Source: Blastocatellia bacterium (GTDB lineage Bacteria; Acidobacteriota; Blastocatellia; UBA7656). Taken from it: 64,000 nt of DNA. The stretch lies in the NCBI GenBank assembly GCA_963765495.1, contig CAVXWP010000001.1, positions 544,001 through 608,000 on the forward strand. Reading direction: 5' to 3'. Both the position numbers and the translations under genes were made by a program. Below the pieces are notes generated by a model that saw only the letters and a program-made list of their open reading frames with translations, was not told the DNA's origin and did no database searches. This document shows positions 29,481 to 38,326 of the stretch, in pieces (position 1 is the first letter of the stretch; every line of letters begins with the position of its first letter).

Positions 29481-30836
29481 TCAATTTATTATCTGTTGTG
29501 CTTCGGCTGCGTCAAGATACCGGCTTTCTGCGCTGAGGATCACTTCTCCAAAATCTTCGGGCCAATTTCCAAAAGCTCCGGCTTCGTTCAGGTCGGCGCT
29601 ATTGATTTGCGTGCTCCCGTCATTATTTCGTTCAAACCAGTGAAGCTTAACCAGATCAGGAGAGATGTTATTTTCGGCCACCAGTGTTTGAATCCCTAAG
29701 AGAAGCAGATTGCTGTGTGTTTCTATGACTACCTGTACGCCACGATTTGCGGCATCGGCCAGAATCTGGGCCATCGCTGATTGAGCGCGTGGATGAAGAT
29801 GCGTTTCCGGTTCTTCTATGTAAACCAGTTGTCCCGGCTCGGCCGCTATGAGCGCCACAAGTACAGGCAGGGTTTGCGAAACCCCAAATCCTACATCTGT
29901 GATACTGACTAAATCGTGAGCGCCGCCCCTGGAACCGTGCGGCAATCTTCCTACCTGCAATTCAACCTGCGTATCGTTGATCGGTTTCGCAACGATCTTC
30001 CAGGTTAATCCAAGTCTTTCCAAATCCTTGCTTAATTTCGAAAGCTTTTCTTCACTTTTTTCCGCCTGCCATTGGGCGATTATGCTTGCGGTATATTCCT
30101 GAAATGTGCCGGGGAATATCGGCCCAACGGCGGTTACGGGATAAGCTCTTTCGGGGTTGCCTCTGAGCGCCGGAAGATAAACCAGACTTCTAATATGGGG
30201 CTCTATTTCGAGACGTGGTTTAACCCCAGCAAATGCTGAAAGAGCGAGGTTATCTTCCTTCCACGTCAATACAGGCGATAAGAAAAAGCGATCACGTTTA
30301 ACCTTCCACGTAGGTTTAGATCTCGCGTCTTTATTAAAAACTCCATAAGAACCTTTATGATTGAAAGGAATAACGGACATTATTTCTTTATGTGTCATGC
30401 CAGGCCGCAATATCACTTGTTCATTATTTCTTGCAAAAACCGTTTGCTCAACCTCAAAACCCTTGCCGAGTTGCTTCTTGAAATATGTCGTAAGTGTGCT
30501 ATCAGGCTCTACCCCTATTCCGATATTAAATGTATCTTCACACTCTTTCTTACCGATGCGCGAGAGCACCTGATCGGCAGAGGTGAATTTTACATTAGGG
30601 CCATCAAGCAACAACGCGCCCGGATCATAACTGGATTCCAGTGTTTGCTTGAGCAAAAGTAGAGGCTGCATGATGCTGGACTTGCCTGAGCTATTGGCTC
30701 CCGCGAGTATAGTCAAGGGCCTGACTTCGATGGATTGCTCCCGACTTATGGACTTAAAACCGCAAACACTTAATCGAGTGATCCCTTGCTCTATCTGCTC
30801 AGATTTTGATTTGTTCGAGTTTCTTTTTTTACTCAT
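29481..30836 (-). CDS. ABC-type (AAA_15/AAA_21-like) ATPase with DUF3696-like tail
   Basis: Walker A GANSSGKS, signature VGFGVSQ, Walker B IEEPETHLHP, H-loop IETHS, tail GNWPEDF. Confidence 0.88.
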   Translation of the reverse strand: MSKKRNSNKSKSEQIEQGITRLSVCGFKSISREQSIEVRPLTILAGANSSGKSSIMQPLLLLKQTLESSYDPGALLLDGPNVKFTSADQVLSRIGKKECEDTFNIGIGVEPDSTLTTYFKKQLGKGFEVEQTVFARNNEQVILRPGMTHKEIMSVIPFNHKGSYGVFNKDARSKPTWKVKRDRFFLSPVLTWKEDNLALSAFAGVKPRLEIEPHIRSLVYLPALRGNPERAYPVTAVGPIFPGTFQEYTASIIAQWQAEKSEEKLSKLSKDLERLGLTWKIVAKPINDTQVELQVGRLPHGSRGGAHDLVSITDVGFGVSQTLPVLVALIAAEPGQLVYIEEPETHLHPRAQSAMAQILADAANRGVQVVIETHSNLLLLGIQTLVAENNISPDLVKLHWFERNNDGSTQINSADLNEAGAFGNWPEDFGEVILSAESRYLDAAEAQQIIN

Positions 30837-30923
30837 CTCAATTTCTCCCTCGAATAATCAAAGTCTTGCATACCTTCTCTATTTTGCCAAATCAGCCCGA
30901 AATACCTGCCTCAAATCCCTCTG

Positions 30924-33221
30924 CTATCTGCGACCGGAAATCTTATCCCGGCCCGGCTTCTTCCCGTTTCCCTCTTCGTGTTCCAGCTTGTGAAAGTCGA
31001 GCATCACATCGGTCTGTGCGCGCAGGTCGCGCTCCAGACGATTCAGAGCCACCCTCACAACATCGCGGTGATGCACGCGGCGGCGGCTTGGAATGTTGCT
31101 CACTTGTAACCATATCTTGTGGATCAGATTCACATCCTCTTCGGTCAGGTGCGGCGCGTGAGCCCCAAGCGATACATCCTGCTCCTGCCCGTCGGGCGAT
31201 ATGATTCTCAATCGGGCCTGGCGGCGGGGCTTCTCGCCGAGCGCCTCCCACGAGCGCCCGAGTTCGCGCGCCTGTTCCTGTGCGGTCATCTTTGACGACA
31301 GCCCGGCGACGACCTCTGCCGAATCCAATCGGAGCGCCGTCTGCGCAACCGCGTCGGGCAAGCTGGTCGCCGGCACGATTACAAGTTCTACCGGCTTGCC
31401 GTGACGCTCGGCCATGCTGACTACCTGAGTGAATAACCTTTGCTCATATTCGGTGAAGAGATTTTCGTCATACAGGTCGCGCTCGCCGCTGCCGGGTCCG
31501 GTCAAGATACGCGTAGTCATAACCACTATATCCTGCTCTTCGGTATTGGTGCGTTCGAGCACGAATGCCAGATGCGCGAGCGTGTTGTAATCTCGCACGG
31601 CCACAAGCACGTTGCCCGGACGCGCGCTGACCGAGGCTTGATCAATAGTCTCGCGGTGCTGCAATTGAAACTGGTCGAGCATCGCAAGCGTCATGTCCTG
31701 TTTTCGCCGATTGATCCGCTCAGAGATCGTAAAGAGCACAAAGAATGTAACCGTAAAGGCGACGCCCGCGATTGTCGCCACCTGTTTGGTCAGCAGGTTG
31801 ATAAAGGCGGTCGAAAGCAGAATACACCCGACCGTGATGACCCCGGCGGGAATCTCTATGCGGCCCAGGCGAAAGTTCAGCGGCACGCGCCATTCGCGGT
31901 CTCCGGGCATCTTGTAGCGGAGGACGAAAGTGGCTATCGCGTTAAAGGTAAAGCTCCAGACTACGCCGAACGCGTAAGCCTCGCCGAGGATGAATATGTC
32001 GCCGCGCGAGCCTATGATCGTAACGATCTGCATCAGGGCGATCATATTTACTATGCGATAGGTGGTGCCGTACTTTTTATGTGGTCTGCGAAACCAGTCG
32101 GTCAATACCCCGTCTTCCGAGATACGATTCAGCACGCCGTTCGAGCCTATGATGGCCGTGTTTACCGCCCCCGAAAGCATTAGAAAACCCACGATCACGA
32201 CGAATGCCTGGAACAGGAGTTTGAGCGATTCCGGGCCTACGAAATTCATCGCGAGCCCCGCGATCAGGTTATCAAGGTATTGCGGTCGGGTCTGGTCAGG
32301 GATTAGCGCCACGGCAAAAAATGAGACGAGTGATGTGAATAGCACCGAATAGATAAAGATCACGATGGCGGCGCGTTTGAGGTTTTTCAGCTTCGGATAT
32401 TCAAGTTCGCGATTGACCTGCGCAAGCGTCTCTTCTCCGCTCATCGCAAGCAACGAGTGGCCGAAGGCTATTATTATCCCAACCGCCCCCACGATGCTCG
32501 GAGAAGCCGAAGCTATCTGATAGCCATCTCCGGTATTTACGAACCATCGCCAGGGCTTGAGCCATCCTAGCGATTCCTCGGAAAAGATCAGATGAGAAGG
32601 AATAGGCGAGGGTGGCAAGTGCCCGCCGCGCACAAATAATGTGTAGAGACCCCAGCCGATCATTATTACGACCATCGCCGTAGTCACATACATTATGCGA
32701 AGCGCGTCGTTGCTCGATTCGTGAATACCCTTGATGTTGCGCCACCAGAAATAGCCCGTGATGATAAGCGCAAAAAACATCGCCGTATATCCCATTGAAA
32801 GCTGGATATTGATGCCGAGTTGCGGCAAAACGGTGTTTGCGAACCCTACGAGATAGAGCCCCGCCGACACGCCCGAGATCGGCCCCGTGAGTATAAAATC
32901 GAATATCAGCGTAGATACGCTGAGTTTGGCCATAGTGCCGCCCATCGCTTCTTTGACCACGCGATAGACGCCGCCTCTGGTAAACATCGAGCTTGATTCG
33001 ATGTAGAGGGCGCGCACGGCCAGACTGAAAAGCATCACGGCGAGGATGAACCAGGGAGCGGCCTTGCCCACCGCCTTTTCGGCTATCCCGCCGACATAGA
33101 AGGCCGACGAGCCGAGGTCGTTTAGCACAATGGCCGCCGCTCGCCAAAACGATATAAACGACAGCATCACCGATGTGGCTACAACGATTTTGATTCGCGA
33201 GTGAGGTCTTGACGTACTCAT
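30924..33221 (-). CDS. APC-superfamily permease, KimA/YdaO-like (possible K+ importer), with cytoplasmic C-terminal domain
   Basis: About 12 TMs; NDLGSSAFY, GGVY, DFILT, SGEE and YAFGV match the KimA-type pattern. Confidence 0.75.
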   Translation of the reverse strand: MSTSRPHSRIKIVVATSVMLSFISFWRAAAIVLNDLGSSAFYVGGIAEKAVGKAAPWFILAVMLFSLAVRALYIESSSMFTRGGVYRVVKEAMGGTMAKLSVSTLIFDFILTGPISGVSAGLYLVGFANTVLPQLGINIQLSMGYTAMFFALIITGYFWWRNIKGIHESSNDALRIMYVTTAMVVIMIGWGLYTLFVRGGHLPPSPIPSHLIFSEESLGWLKPWRWFVNTGDGYQIASASPSIVGAVGIIIAFGHSLLAMSGEETLAQVNRELEYPKLKNLKRAAIVIFIYSVLFTSLVSFFAVALIPDQTRPQYLDNLIAGLAMNFVGPESLKLLFQAFVVIVGFLMLSGAVNTAIIGSNGVLNRISEDGVLTDWFRRPHKKYGTTYRIVNMIALMQIVTIIGSRGDIFILGEAYAFGVVWSFTFNAIATFVLRYKMPGDREWRVPLNFRLGRIEIPAGVITVGCILLSTAFINLLTKQVATIAGVAFTVTFFVLFTISERINRRKQDMTLAMLDQFQLQHRETIDQASVSARPGNVLVAVRDYNTLAHLAFVLERTNTEEQDIVVMTTRILTGPGSGERDLYDENLFTEYEQRLFTQVVSMAERHGKPVELVIVPATSLPDAVAQTALRLDSAEVVAGLSSKMTAQEQARELGRSWEALGEKPRRQARLRIISPDGQEQDVSLGAHAPHLTEEDVNLIHKIWLQVSNIPSRRRVHHRDVVRVALNRLERDLRAQTDVMLDFHKLEHEEGNGKKPGRDKISGRR

Positions 33222-33297
33222 AATGAAGTTAAGGATTCAGGGAGTCGAAAGCATAATTTCCAGAAGCGGACAGCCAGGCCATTCATAGTAATTGGAT

Positions 33298-33325
33298 AGC
33301 ATACGCTCTCGGCTCACCTTGTCAA
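33298..33325 (-). promoter_or_regulatory. Putative sigma70 promoter of the permease-ATPase-PIN-yqeY run
   Basis: Minus strand TTGACA-N16-TATGCT. Confidence 0.45.
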
Positions 33326-33373
33326 GGCGAGCAGGCAGTGGTCAGCTTCGCAGGGGCCGGGGGCCGGGGGTTG

Positions 33374-33549
33374 GTGATCTGCGCCCTTTCAAGTCGCTGA
33401 GAAGGCAGCCGCATGAAATTGTGCGATTTGAAAAGGCTCAGAAGGAAGCCGCGTGAAGATGTGCGCCCTGAAAGGGCGCTGGGAAGGTAGCCAGAGGCAA
33501 GCCGAAGGCGCGGCCTCTGGCTACCTTCCTCCGGCCCATCCGGGGCCGG
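33374..33549. repeat. REP-like cluster: three degenerate ~40-bp tandem units plus GC-rich hairpins
   Basis: GAAGGNAGCC recurs every ~40 nt; GCGCCC-TGAAA-GGGCGC (33463-33479); perfect 17-bp IR at 33482-33498 / 33513-33529. Confidence 0.7.
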
Positions 33550-33620
33550 TCTTCATTTACAACTGATCAACACCTACTGATCAACAGCTACTGATCAACG
33601 GCCAAACGGCCACTGACCAC

Positions 33621-35879
33621 TCATATAAACAGCGGGGCCAGCACAAGCGTGATCGTCGAGAGCAGTTTGATCAAGACGTGCAGGCTCGGCCCGGCCGTAT
33701 CCTTGAACGGGTCTCCGACCGTATCGCCCACGACGGCGGCTTTATGCGCCTCGCTGCGCTTGCCGCCGTACATGCCTGTTTCGATGTATTTCTTGGCGTT
33801 GTCCCACGCGCCGCCCCCGTTGTTGAGAAACGTGGCTACGAGTATGCCGGTAATCGTGCCTACCATCAGCATCGCCGCTACCGCCTCAGCGCCGATGCCA
33901 AGCAAGCGAAACACAAGGCCGACGGCTATCGGCATACCGACGGCAAGCACCCCGGGCAAGACCATCTGCCGGAGCGCGCCTCGCGTCACTATGTCAACGC
34001 AGCGGGCATAATCGGGCTGGTCGGTCCCTTCGAGTATGCCGGGCTTTTCCTTAAACTGCCGTCGCACTTCGTTGATCACGGTGTAGGCCGCATTGCCCAC
34101 GGCCTTGATCGCAAAGGCCGAAAACAGAAAAACAAGCATCGCGCCCAACAGCCCGCCCACGAATACTTCGGGCTTGGCCAGATTGACCACGGCTATCTCT
34201 TCGTTTGTGCGGGGGTCGCGCATAAACATAGAGGTCTGTTCGTGCTCGGCAGGGCTTGAGGCAGAGGTTTGCGCTCTCGTCACATCAGAAGCGACAACGG
34301 CGGCAGGCTGCGGCCTTGTGTAGTTGCGAACCTCATCGAGGTAAGCCGAAAACAGAAGGAAGGCCGCAAGCGCAGCCGATCCGATGGCGTATCCTTTAGT
34401 CAGCGCCTTTGTAGTGTTCCCCACCGCATCGAGCCTGTCGGTCTTGGCGCGAATATCATCGGGTTGCCGGCTCATCTCTACGATGCCGCCCGCGTTGTCT
34501 GTGATCGGGCCAAAGGTGTCCATCGCGAGGATATAGGCGGCGGTGCCGAGCATGCCCATAGTCGCGACGGCGGTTCCAAACAGACCCGCGCCCGGTATGC
34601 CCGACATATTGCCCAGATAGTAGGAAGAGACTATGGCAATCGAGATGACGATGACCGGTAAGGCGGTGCATTCGAATGCGATTGCGATTCCGGTGATGAT
34701 ATTTGTAGCCGGTCCCGTCTGCGAGGCTTCTGCGATGGCTCTCACCGGGCCGTATTTGTATTCGGTGTAATATTGTGTGATATAGACGAATGCCACCGAA
34801 GTGGCCAGCCCGACCAGCCCGCAAACGAAAAAGTATATCCACGCGTTTGGCCTCTGCGGGCTGTAAAGTAGCCACCGCGAGCCGATGAGAAACCCTACCG
34901 CTGCAAGCGCGGTCGTGACATAATAACCGCGATTGAGCGCCTTCATCGGGTCGGCGTCTTCCTTAGTGCGCACCATCATCACACCGACTATCGAAGCGAT
35001 CAAACCGAACGCGCGCACGACCAGAGGGAAGAGCATCACGCCCAGCACTCCGTAACCGAAGGGGATGCCCCTTTGAGCGGCGAGCGTAGCAAGCCCCGCT
35101 CCCAGTATCATCGCTCCGATATTTTCTGCGGCGGTCGATTCAAACAGATCAGCGCCGCGACCGGCGCAGTCGCCTACATTGTCGCCCACGAGGTCGGCTA
35201 TGACGGCAGGGTTTCGCGGATCGTCTTCCGGGATGCCCGCCTCAACTTTTCCCACGAGGTCCGCGCCTACGTCTGCCGCCTTTGTGTAGATGCCGCCGCC
35301 CAGTTGCGCAAACAGCGCGACAAACGACGCCCCGAATCCATACCCCACGATCATGTAAGGAATGTCTTTGGGGTTTATGCCCACGACGTAATCCAGCACA
35401 GCATAGAGACCGCCTACGCCGAGCAGACTCATGGCTACGACGAACAGACCCGAAACCGCGCCGCCTCGCATCGCAATTTGCAAGGCGTCGTTGAGCGAAG
35501 TTCGCGCCGCCGAGGCCGTGCGGATGTTTGAACGGATCGAAACGAACATGCCGACGTAACCGGCTATGCCCGAAGAGAGAGCGCCCAGAATAAATGAGAC
35601 GGTCACATAACCGGCGAGCGGCAACGGGTTGACCGGATCGGCCGGGTTATGCGGACGAAGAAAGGCATAGAGCAAAAAGATCACAGCGGCAAAGACTACG
35701 CTCAACAGCCCTATGGTTTTGTACTGTCGTCTGAGAAAGGCTTCGGCACCCTCCTTGATGGCATTAGAGATAAATTGCATTTCCGAGGTGCCCGTGTCTT
35801 TGCTTAACACGTAGGATGTCAGCCAGCCCGCAAACGCTAAGGACAGAAGACTGATTACCAGAACCAGTGTCAGTTCCAT
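33621..35879 (-). CDS. hppA: Membrane H+-translocating pyrophosphatase, K+-independent type
   Basis: GGGIYTKAADVGADLVGKVE, EDDPRN, DNVGD and GDTVGDPFKD; GNTTKA (Lys) is the K+-independent signature. Start reassigned to ATG 35879 (GAGG SD). Confidence 0.96.
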   Translation of the reverse strand: MELTLVLVISLLSLAFAGWLTSYVLSKDTGTSEMQFISNAIKEGAEAFLRRQYKTIGLLSVVFAAVIFLLYAFLRPHNPADPVNPLPLAGYVTVSFILGALSSGIAGYVGMFVSIRSNIRTASAARTSLNDALQIAMRGGAVSGLFVVAMSLLGVGGLYAVLDYVVGINPKDIPYMIVGYGFGASFVALFAQLGGGIYTKAADVGADLVGKVEAGIPEDDPRNPAVIADLVGDNVGDCAGRGADLFESTAAENIGAMILGAGLATLAAQRGIPFGYGVLGVMLFPLVVRAFGLIASIVGVMMVRTKEDADPMKALNRGYYVTTALAAVGFLIGSRWLLYSPQRPNAWIYFFVCGLVGLATSVAFVYITQYYTEYKYGPVRAIAEASQTGPATNIITGIAIAFECTALPVIVISIAIVSSYYLGNMSGIPGAGLFGTAVATMGMLGTAAYILAMDTFGPITDNAGGIVEMSRQPDDIRAKTDRLDAVGNTTKALTKGYAIGSAALAAFLLFSAYLDEVRNYTRPQPAAVVASDVTRAQTSASSPAEHEQTSMFMRDPRTNEEIAVVNLAKPEVFVGGLLGAMLVFLFSAFAIKAVGNAAYTVINEVRRQFKEKPGILEGTDQPDYARCVDIVTRGALRQMVLPGVLAVGMPIAVGLVFRLLGIGAEAVAAMLMVGTITGILVATFLNNGGGAWDNAKKYIETGMYGGKRSEAHKAAVVGDTVGDPFKDTAGPSLHVLIKLLSTITLVLAPLFI

Positions 35880-36001
35880 AAATTGTTTAACCTCTTCTTT
35901 GAGACTATTACCGATCAAACGGATCGGAGTGATTACACAAGAATTGAGCGGCCATAACAGTTTCACGAACTGTCCCAGCCACTCCATAGAAAGACGCGCG
36001 A

Positions 36002-36337
36002 TCAGATTGAATAAGGCGGAGCGCGGTCTGCCGACCTTGGGGAGTGAAAGCAAAGAGGCCGCTGATCTAAAGAGATTGTGTGGCGGCCCCCGCAATTGGA
36101 GGGGATAAGGGTACTTTTGAGTGAAGCGGGGGCAACAGGCAACCGCAGCCGTTTCGTATCATTGCGATCCGGGGCCTGCTCTTGCGGGGTTGCCTCGATA
36201 GAAATTTTCGATGAAGCAGAGTGCTGAATGCGAGCCTGATTTCGGGTATAAAATTTCGTCTTTACGGACAAGGCAAGCAACACTATAGCCAACAATGCGC
36301 ACAGACACAGCAGCTTTGCATAGTTCGGTCGCTTCAT
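36002..36337 (-). CDS. Signal/TM-bearing upstream ORF ending in RAPP, candidate ribosome-arrest leader peptide
   Basis: MKRPNYAKLLCLCALLAIVLLALSV…FHSPRSADRAPPYSI*; stop lies 122 nt before the hppA ATG. Confidence 0.65.
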   Translation of the reverse strand: MKRPNYAKLLCLCALLAIVLLALSVKTKFYTRNQARIQHSASSKISIEATPQEQAPDRNDTKRLRLPVAPASLKSTLIPSNCGGRHTISLDQRPLCFHSPRSADRAPPYSI

Positions 36338-36411
36338 AAGAGAAAGCAGGATAGCAGTTGAAGAAAACTTAAACAAGAATTATCAGCTGATAAGTGATGA
36401 GTGATACGTGA

Positions 36412-37212
36412 TCAATTCTCGGGCGGGCGGCTGTATCCGAAGCCTTCGAGCAGCGCCTGTCCCTCATCGCTCAAGATAAACTCGACGAAACGCCCTGCTT
36501 GCTCCTGTTTGCCGGAAGCCTTTATGAGGGCCAGAGCCTGATCTATCGGTTGATGAAGACGCTCGTCTACTTCTATAAAGCGGCCTTCGCCCCGCGAAAC
36601 AAGCGCGAGCGGAATAAAAGCCGCATCGGCGTTGCCCGAGGACGCATACTGTCTGGTCTGCGCTACGTTCTCGCCGTAAACCACTTTAGGTTCGACCGCC
36701 GCCCATAGATTCAGCGCGCGTAAAGTCTCGACCGACGCCTGTCCATAAGGCGCGATGTCGGGCTTTGCGAGGGCTATGATCTTCACATCCGGCCCCGCGA
36801 GGTCTTCGATTCGATTTAGCGCGATGCGGCTTTCAGGCGGCGTCCACACAACCAGTTTGCCCCGCGCATACAGGGCGCGCGTTCCCGGCGCGATCAGCCC
36901 TTTGTCATTGAGTTGATCTACGTGCTCGACATCGGCCGAAGCGAAAACGTCAAACGGAGCGCCGTTTTCAATCTGTTTGGCCAGATTCGCCGTGGATCCG
37001 AAACTATAGGTCACTTTTATGCCCGTGCGTGAAGTGAATTGTTTTCCCAACTCTTCAAATGCATTGGTCAGGTTGGCGGCGGCGGCTACGGTGATTTCCT
37101 GAGCATCGGCCTCGCTCTCAGGTGAATGTGATCCCGAACAGCTTGCCGAAAAGAACAAAAATGCGGGCACGACCAGCGCAAAGAGTCTTCCAAAATTCTT
37201 GAATTGAGCCAT
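36412..37212 (-). CDS. modA: Molybdate ABC transporter substrate-binding lipoprotein
   Basis: Lipobox-like SASC; VAAAANL, SFGST, QIENGAPFDVFASAD and APYG. Confidence 0.92.
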   Translation of the reverse strand: MAQFKNFGRLFALVVPAFLFFSASCSGSHSPESEADAQEITVAAAANLTNAFEELGKQFTSRTGIKVTYSFGSTANLAKQIENGAPFDVFASADVEHVDQLNDKGLIAPGTRALYARGKLVVWTPPESRIALNRIEDLAGPDVKIIALAKPDIAPYGQASVETLRALNLWAAVEPKVVYGENVAQTRQYASSGNADAAFIPLALVSRGEGRFIEVDERLHQPIDQALALIKASGKQEQAGRFVEFILSDEGQALLEGFGYSRPPEN

Positions 37213-37293
37213 CGAATTTCCCTTTCGCGCTTTGATTTTATATTGCGGCCCTGTAATCTCAAATCTCATATTTGAAACCTAAAATTGAAGCCT

Positions 37294-38145
37294 ATGCTGA
37301 TTGAGAAGATAACCAGTCGACAAAACCCTCTTGTAAAGCGATTCCGGCGCGTCCGCGCAGGCAGCGAGCGTCACATCATCCTGCTTGAAGGCGTGCGCCT
37401 GATCGAAGACGCTTTAGGCGCGGGCGTGCATTTTGAAACCGTAGCCTACAGCCCGGCCCTCGAATCAACCGGCCGGGGACTGGCTCTGCTCGATGCGCTC
37501 GAATCGGTTCCCTGTCGCGGGGCCTTTGTGAGCAAACAGGTCATGGATGCTATATCGGACACCGAAAGCCCTCAGGGAGTGGTCGCTCTCGTCACTCGCC
37601 CGCATTTCGAGCTTGACCAGGCCTTCGCCGGAAAAAAACACCTGATAGTTATAGCCGACCGTCTGCAAGACCCCGGAAACCTTGGAACCATTATTCGCGC
37701 CGCAGAGGCTTCGGGTGCTACGGCCCTCATCACAACCCGTCACACCGTAGACCCTTTCAATCACAAGGCCCTGCGCGCCTCAATGGGTTCGGCGCTACGG
37801 TTGCCCATAGTGACCGATGCCCGGCGCGAAGAGGTTGACGCGCTGTGCCGCAAAAAGAAGATCAAACTCGTCGCCACCCGGCCCGAACACACTCGCCCGC
37901 CCGGCGTTATCGAAGACGCAGCCCTCGTAGAACAGATTCGTATTTACACGGAGTCGGATTTGACCGTTTCACTTGCGCTTATTTTAGGCAGCGAGGCGGA
38001 CGGTCTCTCTAAGGATGCCTCGTCGCGCGCCGACGAATTTGTCCATATTCCGATGGCCCGAGCCGTAGAGTCGCTCAACGTAGCGGCTGCGGCTGCGATA
38101 TTGCTTTACGAAGCGGCCCGGCAGCGCGGCTTCAAATTCGATTAA
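37294..38145 (+). CDS. TrmH/SpoU family RNA methyltransferase
   Basis: ITSRQN, QDPGNLGTIIR, GSEADGL and ESLNVA. Confidence 0.93.
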   Translation: MLIEKITSRQNPLVKRFRRVRAGSERHIILLEGVRLIEDALGAGVHFETVAYSPALESTGRGLALLDALESVPCRGAFVSKQVMDAISDTESPQGVVALVTRPHFELDQAFAGKKHLIVIADRLQDPGNLGTIIRAAEASGATALITTRHTVDPFNHKALRASMGSALRLPIVTDARREEVDALCRKKKIKLVATRPEHTRPPGVIEDAALVEQIRIYTESDLTVSLALILGSEADGLSKDASSRADEFVHIPMARAVESLNVAAAAAILLYEAARQRGFKFD

Positions 38146-38326
38146 AAGGTGTGTTGAAGAAAGGGGGAGTTGCATTTTTCTTATCTACATCTTGAAAGCT
38201 GAATGGTCTTGCGTCCATCGGTATTATTTACTTCCATCTTCTCAATCGGTGTGGGAAAGCGGTATAATTCTAATCTGACGAGATCGCTTCGACGCGTATT
38301 CCTCAGGAGTATTAGAAGTAATAGCC

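Noticed and set aside
33222-33330. c-di-AMP (ydaO) riboswitch expected before the KimA-like gene
   Set aside because: The predicted leader is short and shows no recognisable consensus by eye.
33374-33500. ~40-bp repeats considered as a CRISPR array
   Set aside because: Units are tandem and degenerate with no unique spacers, and no cas genes are present in the window.
35880-36095. 72-aa N-terminal extension of HppA in the ORF track
   Set aside because: It overlaps the RAPP uORF and the structured spacer; the SD and family-like start are at 35879.
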